Positions 14,769-28,187 of a stretch of DNA of 64,000 bases are shown piece after piece. A model generated the notes under the pieces. It ran no database searches. It saw only the letters and a program-made list of their open reading frames with translations, and was not told the DNA's origin. The number at the start of each line of letters is the position of its first letter. The first letter of the stretch is position 1. Origin of the DNA: Haliotis cracherodii (Eukaryota); the NCBI RefSeq assembly GCF_022045235.1, contig NW_027266286.1, positions 55,676,001 through 55,740,000 on the forward strand. Reading direction: 5' to 3'. Made by a program: the position numbers and the translations under genes.

Positions 14769-14802
14769 TATTTAACTGCAGCTTTGTATATCACATCTAA
14801 CG
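14769..14802 (+). promoter_or_regulatory. Candidate TATA-like box and very short exon 1 of gene A
   Basis: TATTTAA at 14769, donor AACG|gtatgt at 14802/14803. Resembles the gene B candidate, but the exon would be unusually short. Confidence 0.25.
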
Positions 14803-15030
14803 GTATGTATATCACCATGTACCATTTAACATAGGCGAACCTCTTTCAGAACTACACACTTAACACGATGAAAAGTCATTGATTATTATTTCATACATTA
14901 TTTGTCATTATTGAGTTTACGGACCAGTTCATATGGCGTTCTTATTTGTTTGTTTATCGATACATTTAAAATATTACATTATTTTGTCTTAGGGAATAAT
15001 GCAGAAATTGTATATTTCAGTTCAATCAGG

Positions 15031-17500
15031 ATGAAAGGTCTGAGCAGCTGTCTGCCCATGTGTCTGTGTCTTGCTGTCTGTCTGCAGATCATCTGCGGGG
15101 AAGATACCCAGCAAGTTGACACACCTCTGTCCCGACAAAAGAGGTTTGACTTTGACTTTGACAAAATATTAAAGGGTTTGAAGACGGCAGGCACCTTCGT
15201 AAAGACGGCCACCAACCTTCTTGGCCAAGGGAATTCAACGTTTGGAAGATTTATTAATAGGCTCCCCTTCTTGGATCTGCCAGATGCCAAAAGCATTTTA
15301 GGCCGATTTGATGACATGATGAAGAAAGAGGCCATGACGCCAGTTCAGATGGACCTCGCCCACCAGTTGATGGACGCCCTTAATCATACAGTCTCGCTGA
15401 AGGAGCAATTCGAGGAAAGTAGCGGTACGTTATTAACGAGAACACTCACTTTCGTTAGAGCGGACAAATAGAACGTCTATAGGGACATTAAAATGCTGCT
15501 GGGGTGTGGTTCTGGTGTATGGGGGAAGTCATTATGCTGAAGTGGACTGATCGCTAGCCCAGTAGGTATAGCTTGTGCCGAAGTGTCCGGTTCGATTCGA
15601 TAGATACATGCCACTTCCAATGTGGTATTGCTGGCATATTGTTTAAGGCCATACTCACTCAAATACAACTTACGTGGGAGGACATATGATCGGCAACCAT
15701 ATCTCAGTTTAACAGCTTCTCGTCTCATGAATGACAACTAGTATTTATTTTTCTCGCACAATTTACTTTCAAGTACAGTTTAAAGTACATTGAATGCGAC
15801 TGTAAGTTTAAGATAAAATAATTGGTACTTGTCTGGTTTGACTTCATGCAAAACTATTTCTAAGTACAAAGCAATTATGATTTACACACCGAATCAGTAG
15901 TTGAAACCCGGATACTCTCAGAGCAACCGTCTCTGATAGTTGAAGTCTAAAAGGCAATAGGTTCAAGTGAGAAAGAAGCGGATGAGCGAACGCTAACCAC
16001 ATGGCCACATCCCCGACTGACACAAAGACGTTTATTGATGTCACAGGTGATCGCGGATGACCAAGTGCAAAGTTGCGCCCCTTAGATATATATGTAGGGA
16101 TGGTATGGTTATAGTCAGAAACGTAGCTGATATTGTATCCTTAAATTGCTCATGTCATCACCCACTAGGTCGACTCATCCTGTCACGAGTACTTACAAGC
16201 TTCCGTGATAGGTGAAAGGTTGCGGCGAAGGCGTGAACTCACTCAGTTGCTGTAAACCAGGAAGAATACCATTTGTATTGATGGGGCGGTGGGGTAGTCT
16301 AGTGGTTAAAGCGTTTGCTCGTCACGCCGAAGACCCGGGTTCGGTTCTCCACATGGGTACAAATTGTGAAGCCCATTTCTGGGCCCACTTGCACAAAGCG
16401 ATCCTAGCGCTAAGAAGGTCGTAACTCCCATACTTTAACATAGGCTTACGATAGTCTTAGCGCTAAGATCGCTTTGTGCAAGTGGGCCCTGGTGTCATCC
16501 GCCGTGATATTGCTGGAATATTGCTAAAAGCGGCGTAAAGCCACACTCACTCACTCACTTCTGTTGATTACAGAACATTGTTCTTGTACCTCAACATCCT
16601 TGTTCTAGACCATGTCGTATTATTCATTTTCCTGTTCTTGTAAATGCAACTGTTCTTGTTCAGCTCCTGCTCCTGTTCTATTTTGTTCTTGTTAATGTTC
16701 ATTATTGACCTCCTGATTCAAGAGCCTGTTTCCCCGCTGTCTTTCTTGTTTACTTTCACACTGTTCTTGGTCTCTTTCCTACTCTTGTTCCTGACCTTGA
16801 TCTTATTGTTCCTGATTCTGGTGTACCTCCTCTCGCTCTTTTCAAAGTCGTAGGCTACATGCTATTTGTATATATGTGTTTATCGTCTTCAGGTCAGAAA
16901 CAATTCGATTTGGTCAGTCTGGTGGCGGGACTAAGGACTGCCGGCACTGTGACAAAGACCATCACCAACGTCCTCGGCTTCAGAAACTCCGCTTTCGGAA
17001 GGTTCATCAACCAGGTGCCTTTCTTGGACGTACCTGATGCCAAGAACGTCCTTGAACATGTGGAGAACATGATGAAGACAGAAAAGATGTCAGAGGTCAA
17101 GATGGACCACGCCCATCAGCTGATGGAGGCTCTGCAATACTCCATCCAGATGAAGGAACAACTAGGAGAGGGCAGTGGTAAGTTCTCTTTCAACCAGGTG
17201 TAACTTAAATATTGTCCAAGAAGGAGTTAAACCCAACTCTCTCCGTCACTCAGGAGTAATTGATTGGCCTAAAGAGATTATCGAACTTTGTTGTCTATAG
17301 GAGCTTTTGGTTAGAAAGTAGACTTGCAGTCAGAGAGTTTAATTACGCAGCAAGCTTAAAATGAATATCTGCTGATGAGTTTACTATTTGTTTTAAATAA
17401 TTCGTGCATGGGTTTGTTTGTTACAGGTTCGTCAACATTGCTGCAGACATCGACCTTGATGATGTTGCCGGTCATGTGTGCAGTGAAATTTACCATATAA
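15031..17500 (+). CDS. Gene A: predicted GPI-anchored, furin-processed two-domain amphipathic-helix protein (250 aa)
   Basis: Acceptor tttcag ends 15020. Coding exons 15031-15424 (G|gtacgt), 16893-17177 (G|gtaagt), 17427-17500 (ttacag|...TAA); both introns phase 1; 753 nt total. Signal MKGLSSCLPMCLCLAVCLQIICG; pro EDTQQVDTPLSRQKR; domain 1 FDFDFDKILKGLKTAG...KEQFEESS; domain 2 GQKQFDLVSLVAGLRTAG...KEQLGEGS; tail GSSTLLQTSTLMMLPVMCAVKFTI*. AATAAA at 17676. Confidence 0.85.
16283..16559 (+). mobile_element. SINE family 1, interrupted by a MITE
   Basis: Head 16283-16381 and tail 16489-16559. Confidence 0.85.
16382..16488. mobile_element. 107-bp MITE, probably PIF/Harbinger type, nested in a SINE in a gene A intron
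   Basis: ~33-bp TIR GGCCCACTTGCACAAAGCGATCYTAGCGCTAAGA. CTG target duplication at 16379-16381 and 16489-16491 restores the SINE sequence catttCTGgtgtc. Confidence 0.8.
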
Positions 17501-17883
17501 ATGTGTGGACAAGCATGTTGCCAGGGACTAATTGCTCATGATCAAATTCTCTTTGAGTTGCGTCCCCTTATCAGTGCCAGGATCGGCTTGTCGATTCACG
17601 GAAGAGCTCCTATTATTACCCTCGGCACCATATTTTGTAGTAATCGTCTCGGTGTCCACGCTCTGATATAATTGAAATAAAACTATTTCTCAAACGTTGT
17701 ACTTGTTTAATTAACTATATCACAATTGCCACAGGGTGTGCTGGGGGCAGTGTCGACCCCTCACTGTGAGCGCTAGCCCAGTGCCTGGCCTCTGCGTGTG
17801 TACGCTCTCTACTAGTGAATGAGTAGGTGAGTGTTCTTTAACACCCTGGTCAGCAATAGTCCAACTGTACCTTTAAGTAACCA

Positions 17884-17923
<40 letters not shown>

Positions 17924-17929
17924 TGTTTT

Positions 17930-18139
17930 GTACCTTGGGTGCGCCAGAAATCTATGATCTTGGATTCGCCCAACTTGTTTCTAGGTTTGTCAGCACCACA
18001 CCCCTACTCGTGGGTTTTACCGAGGTGGTAAACGCCTGAAACCTGCACAAAGAACACCGGGTTTCCCCCCACATTAAGATGACACATTTAGCGGCGCTGT
18101 AAGGCTGTAAGTGACGTTTAACCTAACTCACTCACTCAC
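17930..18139 (+). mobile_element. SINE family 4 (partial, diverged)
   Basis: Matches the family-4 body and tail. Confidence 0.65.
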
Positions 18140-18155
18140 ACGTCGTCAACCAAAA

Positions 18156-18299
18156 NNNNNNNNNNNNNNNNNNNNNNNNNNNNNNNNNNNNNNNNNNNNN
18201 NNNNNNNNNNNNNNNNNNNNNNNNNNNNNNNNNNNNNNNNNNNNNNNNNNNNNNNNNNNNNNNNNNNNNNNNNNNNNNNNNNNNNNNNNNNNNNNNNNN
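18156..18299. other. Assembly gap
   Basis: Run of N. Confidence 1.
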
Positions 18300-18699
18300 T
18301 GCAAGACCACAGAGATAACATAAAGAAGTTTAACATTAATATTCAACTCAAAGTATTCTGACTCCGAGTCGACCAGAAAGATGTACCATTGTATGTATAC
18401 GTAGCACTTCACACAACAATCTGTGTGTGGAATCTGTCTAAACCGGACTCACTTGAGTATGGAAGTCAAGCCTGGTTTAGACAGCAGTCTGTATTATGCG
18501 GATCAATAGGAAGTATCTCAAAGGGAATCTTTGACATTGATGCCATTAAAAAACAGATGGGATAATGTAAATGCAAATTTAACGTAAATGGAAATGTAAC
18601 TTTGACGTAAATTTAATGTAAATGTAAATTTAATGTATATTTATAGTAAATGTAAATTTAATGTATTTTTAATATAATTTAAATTTAATGTATTTCTTC

Positions 18700-20290
18700 T
18701 TCCCTTTATTCAGTGCTTGTAGGCCACGGGCCTTTTTGTACAGACGACATACAATTAAGGTGCAAACAAGTATAAGATATAATACCCTCCTTCCTTTTTT
18801 TAAGAAAAGCAGTTTTTACATAATTGCACATTATACATGTTGGAGTATTTCTGTTCTTACATTGGCATAAAATAAGTACTTTGCTGTATTCATATTGATA
18901 ATAGGGTCATGCGATGACAGTAGTGTATTAAACTTCAGAATATTTGGGAAGATGTAAAATTTAGATTTTATGTAACTTTGCCTAAGATGGCTATAAGCTG
19001 GACAAATTAACAAAAAGTGATATTCATTTTCGATATGGTTTAAGTTACAAACTTTACATTTTCTAAATTCACGAGGGGCGGTCGGGTAGCCTAGTGGTCA
19101 AAGCGTTCGCTCGTCACGCCGAAGACCCGGGTTCGATTCCCGACATGGGTACAATGTGTGAAGCCCATTTCTGGTGTCCCCCGCCGTGATATTGCTGGAA
19201 TATTGCTAAAAGCGGCGTAAAACCAAACTCACTCACTCACTCACTCTAAATTCACGAGGAATGTTATAATGTCGTCCACGTTCAATTTCTAAATTGTGAG
19301 AACTAAGCCGAAAACGAGTCAATGTTGTTCTGAATTTATTTTCTGTAATACTACTCAAATAGTTCTCACATAAAATGGATGTTTTAAACTGTGTATAATA
19401 AGCCATTTGGGGGCCTTCAGATAAATCACTATGCCAAACCTGAGAAAAGTTGTCTTTTAAACGTTGACGTAACATATTTAAAAATACGGTTTTATTACCA
19501 CATGCTTGAAAGAACCAGACATCACCAAATCCTAATCTAAAAATAACAAGTTTTAAGTTTCGTTACCCAATTTACTTGGCCTTGTTCATCGTACAAGCGC
19601 AACATATTGTAACAATTTTTGGGTAAGCGAGATTCCTGCATTTAAAAGAGACAGCCAATATTCGACACATTTCAATTCAGCAAGCCACCGGATAGGGTAT
19701 CTACCACACTCGCCTAACAACCCATTATTTGAAGTTGATAACTTTACATTTAAAAGACGCTTACAGGCATACAACTGAACTTTTTCTAGTGGTTCTTTGT
19801 CACTGAACCCTCAAATTTCAGCCCCGTATAAAAGTATTGGTGTTATCTTTGCATCAAATAATTTGAAGTAAAAGTGAGGCGAGTATGGTTTTAAGGAATG
19901 TATACTAATTAAAAGGATCATGAACACCTTTCTTGCCTGAATTGCAATATTACTTAAAGCTTTCGACCATAGTAATCTATTGCTAAAATACAAACCAAGA
20001 TAACTGTATCCAGTAAATACTTCAACCACATTTCCGTCATGATACCATTTTTCATAACGTGATAAACCTCCCCCATTTTTAAAAACAAGTATTTTTGTTT
20101 TCAATAAATTCACTGACATTTCCCATTTACAACAGTAATCATGCAAGATATTTAACTTCATTTGTAAATTGTTGACAGTATTGCCAAACACAATAAGATC
20201 CTCCGCAAATAGAAATAGGAAAATATGAATACATTCCGGATGTAACTGAACACCAAAACGACAATTTTGTTCCATTTCTATAATCAAGCA
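18700..20290 (-). mobile_element. 5'-truncated decayed LINE of the same RTE-X-like clade
   Basis: LFAEDL (degenerate FADD), KTKILVF, PILLYGAEI, LGECGRYP, RFRLSSHNLEIERGRH, ICPAY; 3' AATAAA near 18705. Interrupted by the SINE at 19075. Confidence 0.85.
19075..19245 (+). mobile_element. SINE family 1, inserted in a LINE
   Basis: Intact copy; TSD tctaaattcacgagg at 19062 and 19245. Confidence 0.9.
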
Positions 20291-20645
20291 AATGATGTGC
20301 CTCTAGGTTCGTGTTCATATGAGACAAACGTTATATTAATTGTTTTTCAAACAACAAGGATATGAAATAGTGGACGGGATACTGAGTGTAAGAGCAATGT
20401 GTCCGGAACTGTTAACTTCAATTGTCATCCTGTCCGGAACAGGCCGTCCCAGAGAATCGTGCACGTCATGCACATTCAAACTCTACCGCAGTTTCCCTAG
20501 TTTCACTCGTTCACGTAACTATCACATTACATGGCACACTCCGCGATATCAGTGGTCAATAATTACACGATTATCATCAACTTCAAAAGTCTACATACGA
20601 CCGTACACCGCCAAACGGACCACACACATCGCTTATTTTTATATA

Positions 20646-20798
20646 TGTTTGTTTGTTTGTTTAAGGCCGCACTCAGCAATATACGAAATTAGGATACGAT
20701 GACATGCATCAACGAAGTCAGCGAGCCTGACCACCCGATCGCCTTTTACAACAAACATGGGTAGCTGAAGACCAATTCTAACGCGGATCTTCACGGGT
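20646..20798 (-). mobile_element. SINE-like family 2 (internally deleted)
   Basis: Reverse copy with deletions. Confidence 0.75.
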
Positions 20799-21672
20799 CT
20801 TATATTCAACGGGTATATGTAGAATATGCTAGATCTAGATCTAATAGTTTAGTCTAGCCGTGATTCTAATAGTCGTTTACAGGAATGTGCCGAACTGACT
20901 GTAAACCAAACAAAACGATTTCCCACGAATAACCATTGAAAATGTGTGTGGGGGTGGGGGGGGGTGGGGGGGGGGGGGGGGGGTGGAGAGGGGGGGGGGG
21001 GGGGGGGGGGGACTGCGGTTTAGGTTATAATAGTACAGGCATGGCACATGTAGTGTGAGGGAATACTTCCTTACAGGCCGTGAGGTAATAGCACGCGTGA
21101 GTCATCTTTCCGCCAAAGATCTATATTCAGTCGCAATGACTGGCCCATGGGTTTTTTTCATTGTCGATTGTTTCTTTCTGCAAACAAACTACGACGCCTG
21201 TGTAGAGACGATTGGCAACTTATATCACGAAATCAGAGGTTCCCACCACCACAAAAAAGGGATGGGGTCCGGGCATCCCATGGTGCCATTCAGATCCACT
21301 CTGCTTATTCCGTTATTCACATTATACCTCGGCGGTGTAATGATATTTTAGATATCCCTCCGCATAAGATTAGTCCATTTTGAGAATAGCTAATTCTGTT
21401 TGTAAGAAACAAAAAATATGTTTAGATCACAGATCGAGGACACACGGTACGATTTGTTTTTTCTCTGAGGCATTCCTGAAAAAATTCCAGCAATTCAAGC
21501 GAACATTTATTATTTTTTATACATTTTTCTCAAACATCAAATTCCATTTCAATTTTCAACTTCAAATCAAACGGACGGTTGTTAAGAGACGTCACATGAG
21601 GGGGTGATGTTCATGAAAGATCTAGACACTGGCAACATGATGAAATTGCCATTTGATATGTCTTTGTCCAGG

Positions 21673-21826
21673 GTGAGTGAACGAGTATAGGTTTACGCCG
21701 CTTTTAGCAATATTCCAGCAATATCACACCAGAAATGGGCTTCACACATTGTGCCCATGTTGGGCATCGAATCCGGGTCTTCGGCGTGACTAGCAAACGC
21801 TTTAACTACTAGGCTACCCGACCGCT
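21673..21826 (-). mobile_element. SINE family 1
   Basis: Reverse copy; TSD tttgtccagg. Confidence 0.8.
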
Positions 21827-22315
21827 CTATGTTTGTCCAGGATTTATGTATCATATGGCGGTTATATTTCACGAAAAGGGGTCTAAAATGGATTTGACAT
21901 TTGAAGTTCCCGTGTCAAGGATCGAAAGTTGAAGATTTATTTAGTAACGCTTAGATCACTAAGTAGAACGGCAGAATGTGAAATATCAAAAGCCATTTAT
22001 TCTCCATTCGGGATTTCGTTTGTTTGTTCATTCTTTAAGGTTGATTGATGATTGAACTTAAACCACATCTTCATATCCTTTCCAATTATTAATCGGTATT
22101 CATTATTGATCCACGAAACTGAATTCAACAGTTCAAATATTCTTGTAGGGGAGACAGTTACTCGTTGACCAAATAATCGTTGAACTATATATAATAAAAT
22201 ATGTTGACCATGCTGTACTACATAAATGTACGTTTGTCCATTTGGAAATCGAATTCTAAAATCTAAAACTTTTTACACATTTGATTAAGTTCTACCTGTT
22301 TTTTACTGAGAACTT

Positions 22316-25300
22316 TAGGAAACCCAAAGACTGTAGCATTCATAGCACAGTCTAATGTGAAGATTAGGAAACTGAAGACTGTAGCACTCATAGCACAGCC
22401 TTATGCGAAGATTAGGCAACCCAAAGACTGTAGCATTCATAGCACAGTCTAATGTGAAGATTGGGAAACCCAAAGACTGTAGCATTCATAGCACAGTCTA
22501 ATGTGAAGATTAGGAAACTAAAGACTGTAGCACTCATAGCACAGTCTAATGTGAAGATTAGGAAACTAAAGACTGTAGCACTCATAGCACAGTTTAATGT
22601 GAAGATTAGGAAACTAAAGACTGTAGCACTCATAGCACAGTCTAATGTGAAGATTAGGAAACTAAAGACTGTAGCACTCATAGCACAGTCTAATGTGAAG
22701 ACAAGGGAACTAAAGACTGTAGCACTCATAGCACAGTCTAATGTGAAGATAAGGGAACTAAAGACTGTAGCACTCATAGCACAGTCTAATGTGAAGATTA
22801 GGAAACTGAAGACTGTAGCACTCATAGCACAGTCTAATGTGAAGATTAGGAAACTAAAGACTGTAGCACTCATAGCACAGTCTAATGTGAAGATTAGGAA
22901 ACTAAAGACTGTAGCACTCATAGCACAGTCTAATGTGAAGATTAGGAAACTAAAGACTGTAGCACTCATAGCACAGTTTAATGTGAAGATTAGGAAACTA
23001 AAGACTGTAGCACTCATAGCACAGTCTAATGTGAAGATTGGGAAACCCAAAGACTGTAGCATTCATAGCACAGTCTAATGTGAAGATTAGGAAACTAAAG
23101 ACTGTAGCACTCATAGCACAGTCTAATGTGAAGATTAGGAAACTAAAGACTGTAGCACTCATAGCACAGTTTAATGTGAAGATTAGGAAACTAAAGACTG
23201 TAGCACTCATAGCACAGTCTAATGTGAAGATTAGGAAACTAAAGACTGTAGCACTCATAGCACAGTCTAATGTGAAGACAAGGGAACTAAAGACTGTAGC
23301 ACTCATAGCACAGTCTAATGTGAAGATAAGGGAACTAAAGACTGTAGCACTCATAGCACAGTCTAATGTGAAGATTAGGAAACTGAAGACTGTAGCACTC
23401 ATAGCACAGTCTAATGTGAAGATTAGGAAACTAAAGACTGTAGCACTCATAGCACAGTCTAATGTGAAGATTAGGAAACTAAAGACTGTAGCACTCATAG
23501 CACAGTCTAATGTGAAGATTAGGAAACTAAAGACTGTAGCACTCATAGCACAGTTTAATGTGAAGATTAGGAAACTAAAGACTGTAGCACTCATAGCACA
23601 GTCTAATGTGAAGATTAGGAAACTAAAGACTGTAGCACTCATAGCACAGTCTAATGTGAAGACAAGGGAACTAAAGACTGTAGCACTCATAGCCCAGTCT
23701 AATGTGAAGATAAGGGAACTAAAGACTGTAGCACTCATAGCACAGTCTGATGTGAAGATTAGGAAACCCAAAGACTGTAGCACTCATAGCACAGTCTAAT
23801 GTGAAGATTAGGAAACTGAAGACTGTAGCACTCATAGCACAGTCTAATGTGAAGACAAGGGAACTAAAGACTGTAGCACTCATAGCACAGTCTAATGTGA
23901 AGATAAGGGAACTAAAGACTGTAGCACTCATAGCACAGTCTGATGTGAAGATAAGGGAACTAAAGACTGTAGCACTCATAGCACAGTCTAATGTGAAGAT
24001 AAGGGAACTAAAGACTGTAGCACTCATAGCACAGTCTGATGTGAAGATAAGGGAACTAAAGACTGTAGCACTCATAGCACAGTCTGATGTGAAGATTAGG
24101 AAACTGAAGACTGTAGCACTCATAGCACATTCTGATGTGAAGATTAGGAAACTAAAGACTGTAGCACTCATAGCACAGTCTAATGTGAAGATAAGGGAAC
24201 TAAAGACTGTAGCACTCATAGCACAGTCTAATGTGAAGACAAGGGAACTAAAGACTGTAGCACTCATAGCACAGTCTAATGTGAAGATAAGGGAACTAAA
24301 GACTGTAGCACTCATAGCACAGTCTGATGTGAAGATAAGGGAACTAAAGACTGTAGCACTCATAGCACAGTCTGATGTGAAGATTAGGAAACTGAAGACT
24401 GTAGCACTCATAGCACAGTCTAATGTGAAGATTAGGAAACTAAAGACTGTAGCACTCATAGCCCAGTCTAATGTGAAGATTAGGAAACTGAAGACTGTAG
24501 CACTCATAGCACAGTCGAATGTGAAGATAAGGGAACTAAAGACTGTAGCACTCATAGCACAGTCTAATGTGAAGATTAGGAAACTAAAGACTGTAGCACT
24601 CATAGCACAGTTTAATGTGAAGATTAGGAAACTGAAGACTGTAGCACTCATAGCACAGTTTAATGTGAAGATTAGGAAACTAAAGACTGTAGCACGTCAT
24701 AGCACAGTCTAATGTGAAGATTAGGAAACTAAAGACTGTAGCACTCATAGCACAGTCTAATGCGAAGATTAGGAAACTAAAGACTGTAGCACTCATAGCA
24801 CAGTTTAATGTGAAGATTAGGAAACTAAAGACTGTAGCACTCATAGCACAGTCTAATGCGAAGATTAGGAAACCCAAAGACTGTAGCATTCATAGCACAG
24901 TCTAATGCGAAGATTAGGAAACTGAAGACTGTAGCACTCATAGCACAGTCTAATGTGAAGATTAGGAAACTGAAGACTGTAGCACTCATAGCACAGTCTA
25001 ATGTGAAGATTAGGAAACTGAAGACTGTAGCACTCATAGCACAGTCTAATGTGAAGATTAGGAAACTGAAGACTGTAGCGCTCATAGCACAGTCTAATGT
25101 GAAGATTAGGAAACTGAAAACTGTAGCACTCATAGCACAGTCTAATGTGAAGATTAGGAAACTGAAGACTGTAGCACTCATAGCACAGTCTAATGTGAAG
25201 ATTAGGAAACTGAAGACTGTAGCACTCATAGCACAGTCTAATGTGAAGATAAGGGAACTAAAGACTGTAGCACTCATAGCACAGTCTAATGTGAAGATTA

Positions 25301-26963
25301 GGAAACTGAAGACTGTAGCACTCATAGCACAGTCTAATGTGAAGATTAGGAAACTGAAGACTGTAGCACTCATAGCACAGTCTAATGTGAAGATTAGGAA
25401 ACTGAAGACTGTAGCACTCATAGCACAGTTTAATGTGAATATTAGGAAACTGAAGACTGTAGCACTCATAGCACAGTCTAATGTGAAGATTAGGAAACTG
25501 AAGACTGTAGCACTCATAGCACAGGCTAATGTGAAGATTAGGAAACTGAAGACTGTAGCACCCATAGCACAGTCTAATGTGAAGATTAGGAAACTGAAGA
25601 CTGTAGCACTCATAGCACAGTCTAATGTGAAGATTAGGAAACTGAAGACTGTAGCACTCATAGCACAGTCTAATGTGAAGATTAGGAAACTGAAGACTGT
25701 AGCACTCATAGCACAGTCTAATGTGAAGATTAGGAGACTAAAGACTGTAGCACTCATAGCACAGTCTAATGTGAAGATTAGGAAACTGAAGACTGTAGCA
25801 CTCATAGCACAGTCTAATGTGAAGATTAGGAGACTAAAGACTGTAGCACTCATAGCACAGTCTAATGTGAAGATTAGGAAACTGAAGACTGTAGCACTCA
25901 TAGCACAGTCTAATGTGAAGATTAGGAGACTAAAGACTGTAGCACTCATAGCACAGTCTAATGTGAAGATTAGGAGACTAAAGACTGTAGCACTCATAGC
26001 ACAGTCTAATGTGAAGATTAGGAGACTAAAGACTGTAGCACTCATAGCACAGCCTAATGTGAAGATTAGGAGACTAAAGACTGTAGCACTCATAGCACAG
26101 TCTAATGTGAAGATTAGGAGACTAAAGACTGTAGCACTCATAGCACAGTCTCATGTGAAGATTAGGAAACTGAAGACTGTAGCACTCATAGCACAGTTTA
26201 ATGTGAAGATTAGGAGACTAAAGACTGTAGCACTCATAGCACAGTCTAATGTGAAGATTAGGAAACTGAAGACTGTAGCACTCATAGCACAGCCTAATGT
26301 GAAGATTAGGAGACTAAAGACTGTAGCACTCATAGCACAGTCTAATGTGAAGATTAGGAGACTAAAGACTGTAGCACTCATAGCACAGTCTAATGTGAAG
26401 ATTAGGAGACTAAAGACTGTAGCACTCATAGCACAGTCTAATGTGAAGATTAGGAAACTGAAGACTGTAGCACTCATAGCACAGTCTAATGTGAAGATTA
26501 GGAAACTGAAGACTGTAGCACTCATAGCACAGTCTAATGTGAAGATTAGGAAACTGAAGACTGTAGCACTCATAGCACAGTCTAATGTGAAGATTAGGAA
26601 ACTGAAGACTGTAGCACTCATAGCACAGTCTAATGTGAAGATTAGGAGACTGAAGACTGTAGCACTCATAGCACAGTCTAATGTGAAGATTAGGAGACTG
26701 AAGACTGTAGCACTCATAGCACAGTCTAATGTGAAGATTAGGAGACTAAAGACTGTAGCACTCATAGCACAGTCTAATGTGAAGATTAGGAAACTGAAGA
26801 CTGTAGCACTCATAGCACAGTCTAATGTGAAGATTAGGAAACTGAAGACTGTAGCACTCATAGCACAGTCTAATGTGAAGATTAGGAGACTGAAGACTGT
26901 AGCACTCATAGCACAGTCTAATGTGAAGATTAGGAGACTAAAGACTGTAGCACTCATAGCACA
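22316..26963. repeat. 48-bp minisatellite (~96 units, 4.6 kb)
   Basis: Unit AAGACTGTAGCACTCATAGCACAGTCTAATGTGAAGATTAGGAAACT(A/G). Confidence 0.97.
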
Positions 26964-27084
26964 ATTATCGATTGATCGAACTATCGATGTATCTCCATTG
27001 TCAACGCTCCGTCAATACATCGATGACAAGTACAAATGTCAATAGTTAAGATCGATGCCGCCCAACACCATCGATACTATCAAT

Positions 27085-27275
27085 AGACGATCTGTAAATA
27101 ATCGAGTCTGGACAAGACAATTCAGTGATTGACATCATGAGCATCGATCCACGCAATTGGGATACGATGATATGCATCAACCAAGTCAGCGAGCCTGACC
27201 ACCCGATCCCGTTAGTCGACTCTTACGACAAACATGGGTTGCTGAAGACCAATTGTCACCCGGATCTTTACGGTT
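27085..27275 (-). mobile_element. SINE-like family 2 (partial)
   Basis: Reverse copy lacking the tail. Confidence 0.8.
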
Positions 27276-27835
27276 TATTTCTCTATTGCATTATTTAAGA
27301 ATTATCTGTTTAAAATACATGTAGAACTATTTATAACGACTTCAGTTCAGGGAGGGGCATCAGCCACTTTGTTATCCCCTTGGAAATTTGAGTGATGACG
27401 CATGACGCACTAGCTGCTATTGTTATAGATGCATCCGGGCACTCCTCATCAAAGAGGTTGAAGTCAAATTGTGAAGTGGTTAAGTAGTCAAGGGAACAGG
27501 GAAGGTAATTCAGCCATACTTCTCTCTTATCCAACCCCTCGACGAGCGTGATTGAGTGAGTTTGACGCCGTTTTGAACAGTATATCAATAACATCAAATC
27601 GTGTCAGCGTAATGTAGGAGGAAAGCTCGAAAGGATGCATTTCTAAGACGTTTAGCACTTTGATCAAACCAACGGGCTCTGGCATGGTATTGACAAACTT
27701 ACAAACATAATCAGCGATCACAGGTTTCTTGAAGCAACACTGCACAGCGAATTGTTGCGCCAAAGACGACTGGGGCTACCGAATCTATTCTATATTGTTT
27801 TCCAAACTCCAAAGAAAATAAGGATCTCCTGATAA

Positions 27836-28097
27836 AGTTTGTTTGTTGTTTAACGCCGCACTCAGCCATCTTCCAGTTATATGACGGCGATATGTAAATA
27901 GTCAAGTCTGGACAAGACAATCCAGTGATTAACATCATGAGCATCTATCCACGCAATTGGGATCGATGATATGCATCAACCAAGTCAGCGAGCCTGACCA
28001 CCTGATCTCGTAAGTCGCCCCTTACAACAAACATAGTCGCCTTTTACGGCAAACATGGGTTGCTGAAGACCTATTCTACACCGGATCTTCACGGGTT
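27836..28097 (-). mobile_element. SINE-like family 2
   Basis: Full reverse copy. Confidence 0.85.
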
Positions 28098-28187
28098 CCT
28101 TTCGGTTAAACAAGTGGGAATGTATTCTGTCAGATAATGGTTGTTGTTTTGTGTATATTTTCACGAAACACTGTATGTCCTCTTATG

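Noticed and set aside
14979-15335. Antisense ORFs over genes A-F (also 37508-38057, 45866-46415, 55093-55635, 59009-59239)
   Set aside because: Shadow frames of the real coding exons.
16575-16853. Very hydrophobic 69-aa ORF resembling a membrane protein
   Set aside because: Low-complexity TTGTTC-rich sequence inside a gene A intron.
20949-21012. Poly-G tract as a functional G-quadruplex (also the C-rich tract at 63282-63373)
   Set aside because: Simple low-complexity sequence with no supporting context; the length may be a sequencing artefact.
22412-27045. Long ORFs on both strands (KTVALIAQSNVKIRKL)n / (MSATVFSFLIFTLDCA)n, up to 729 aa
   Set aside because: By-product of a 48-bp unit divisible by three. 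One-base indels break the frames, and there is no signal peptide, splice context or unique sequence.
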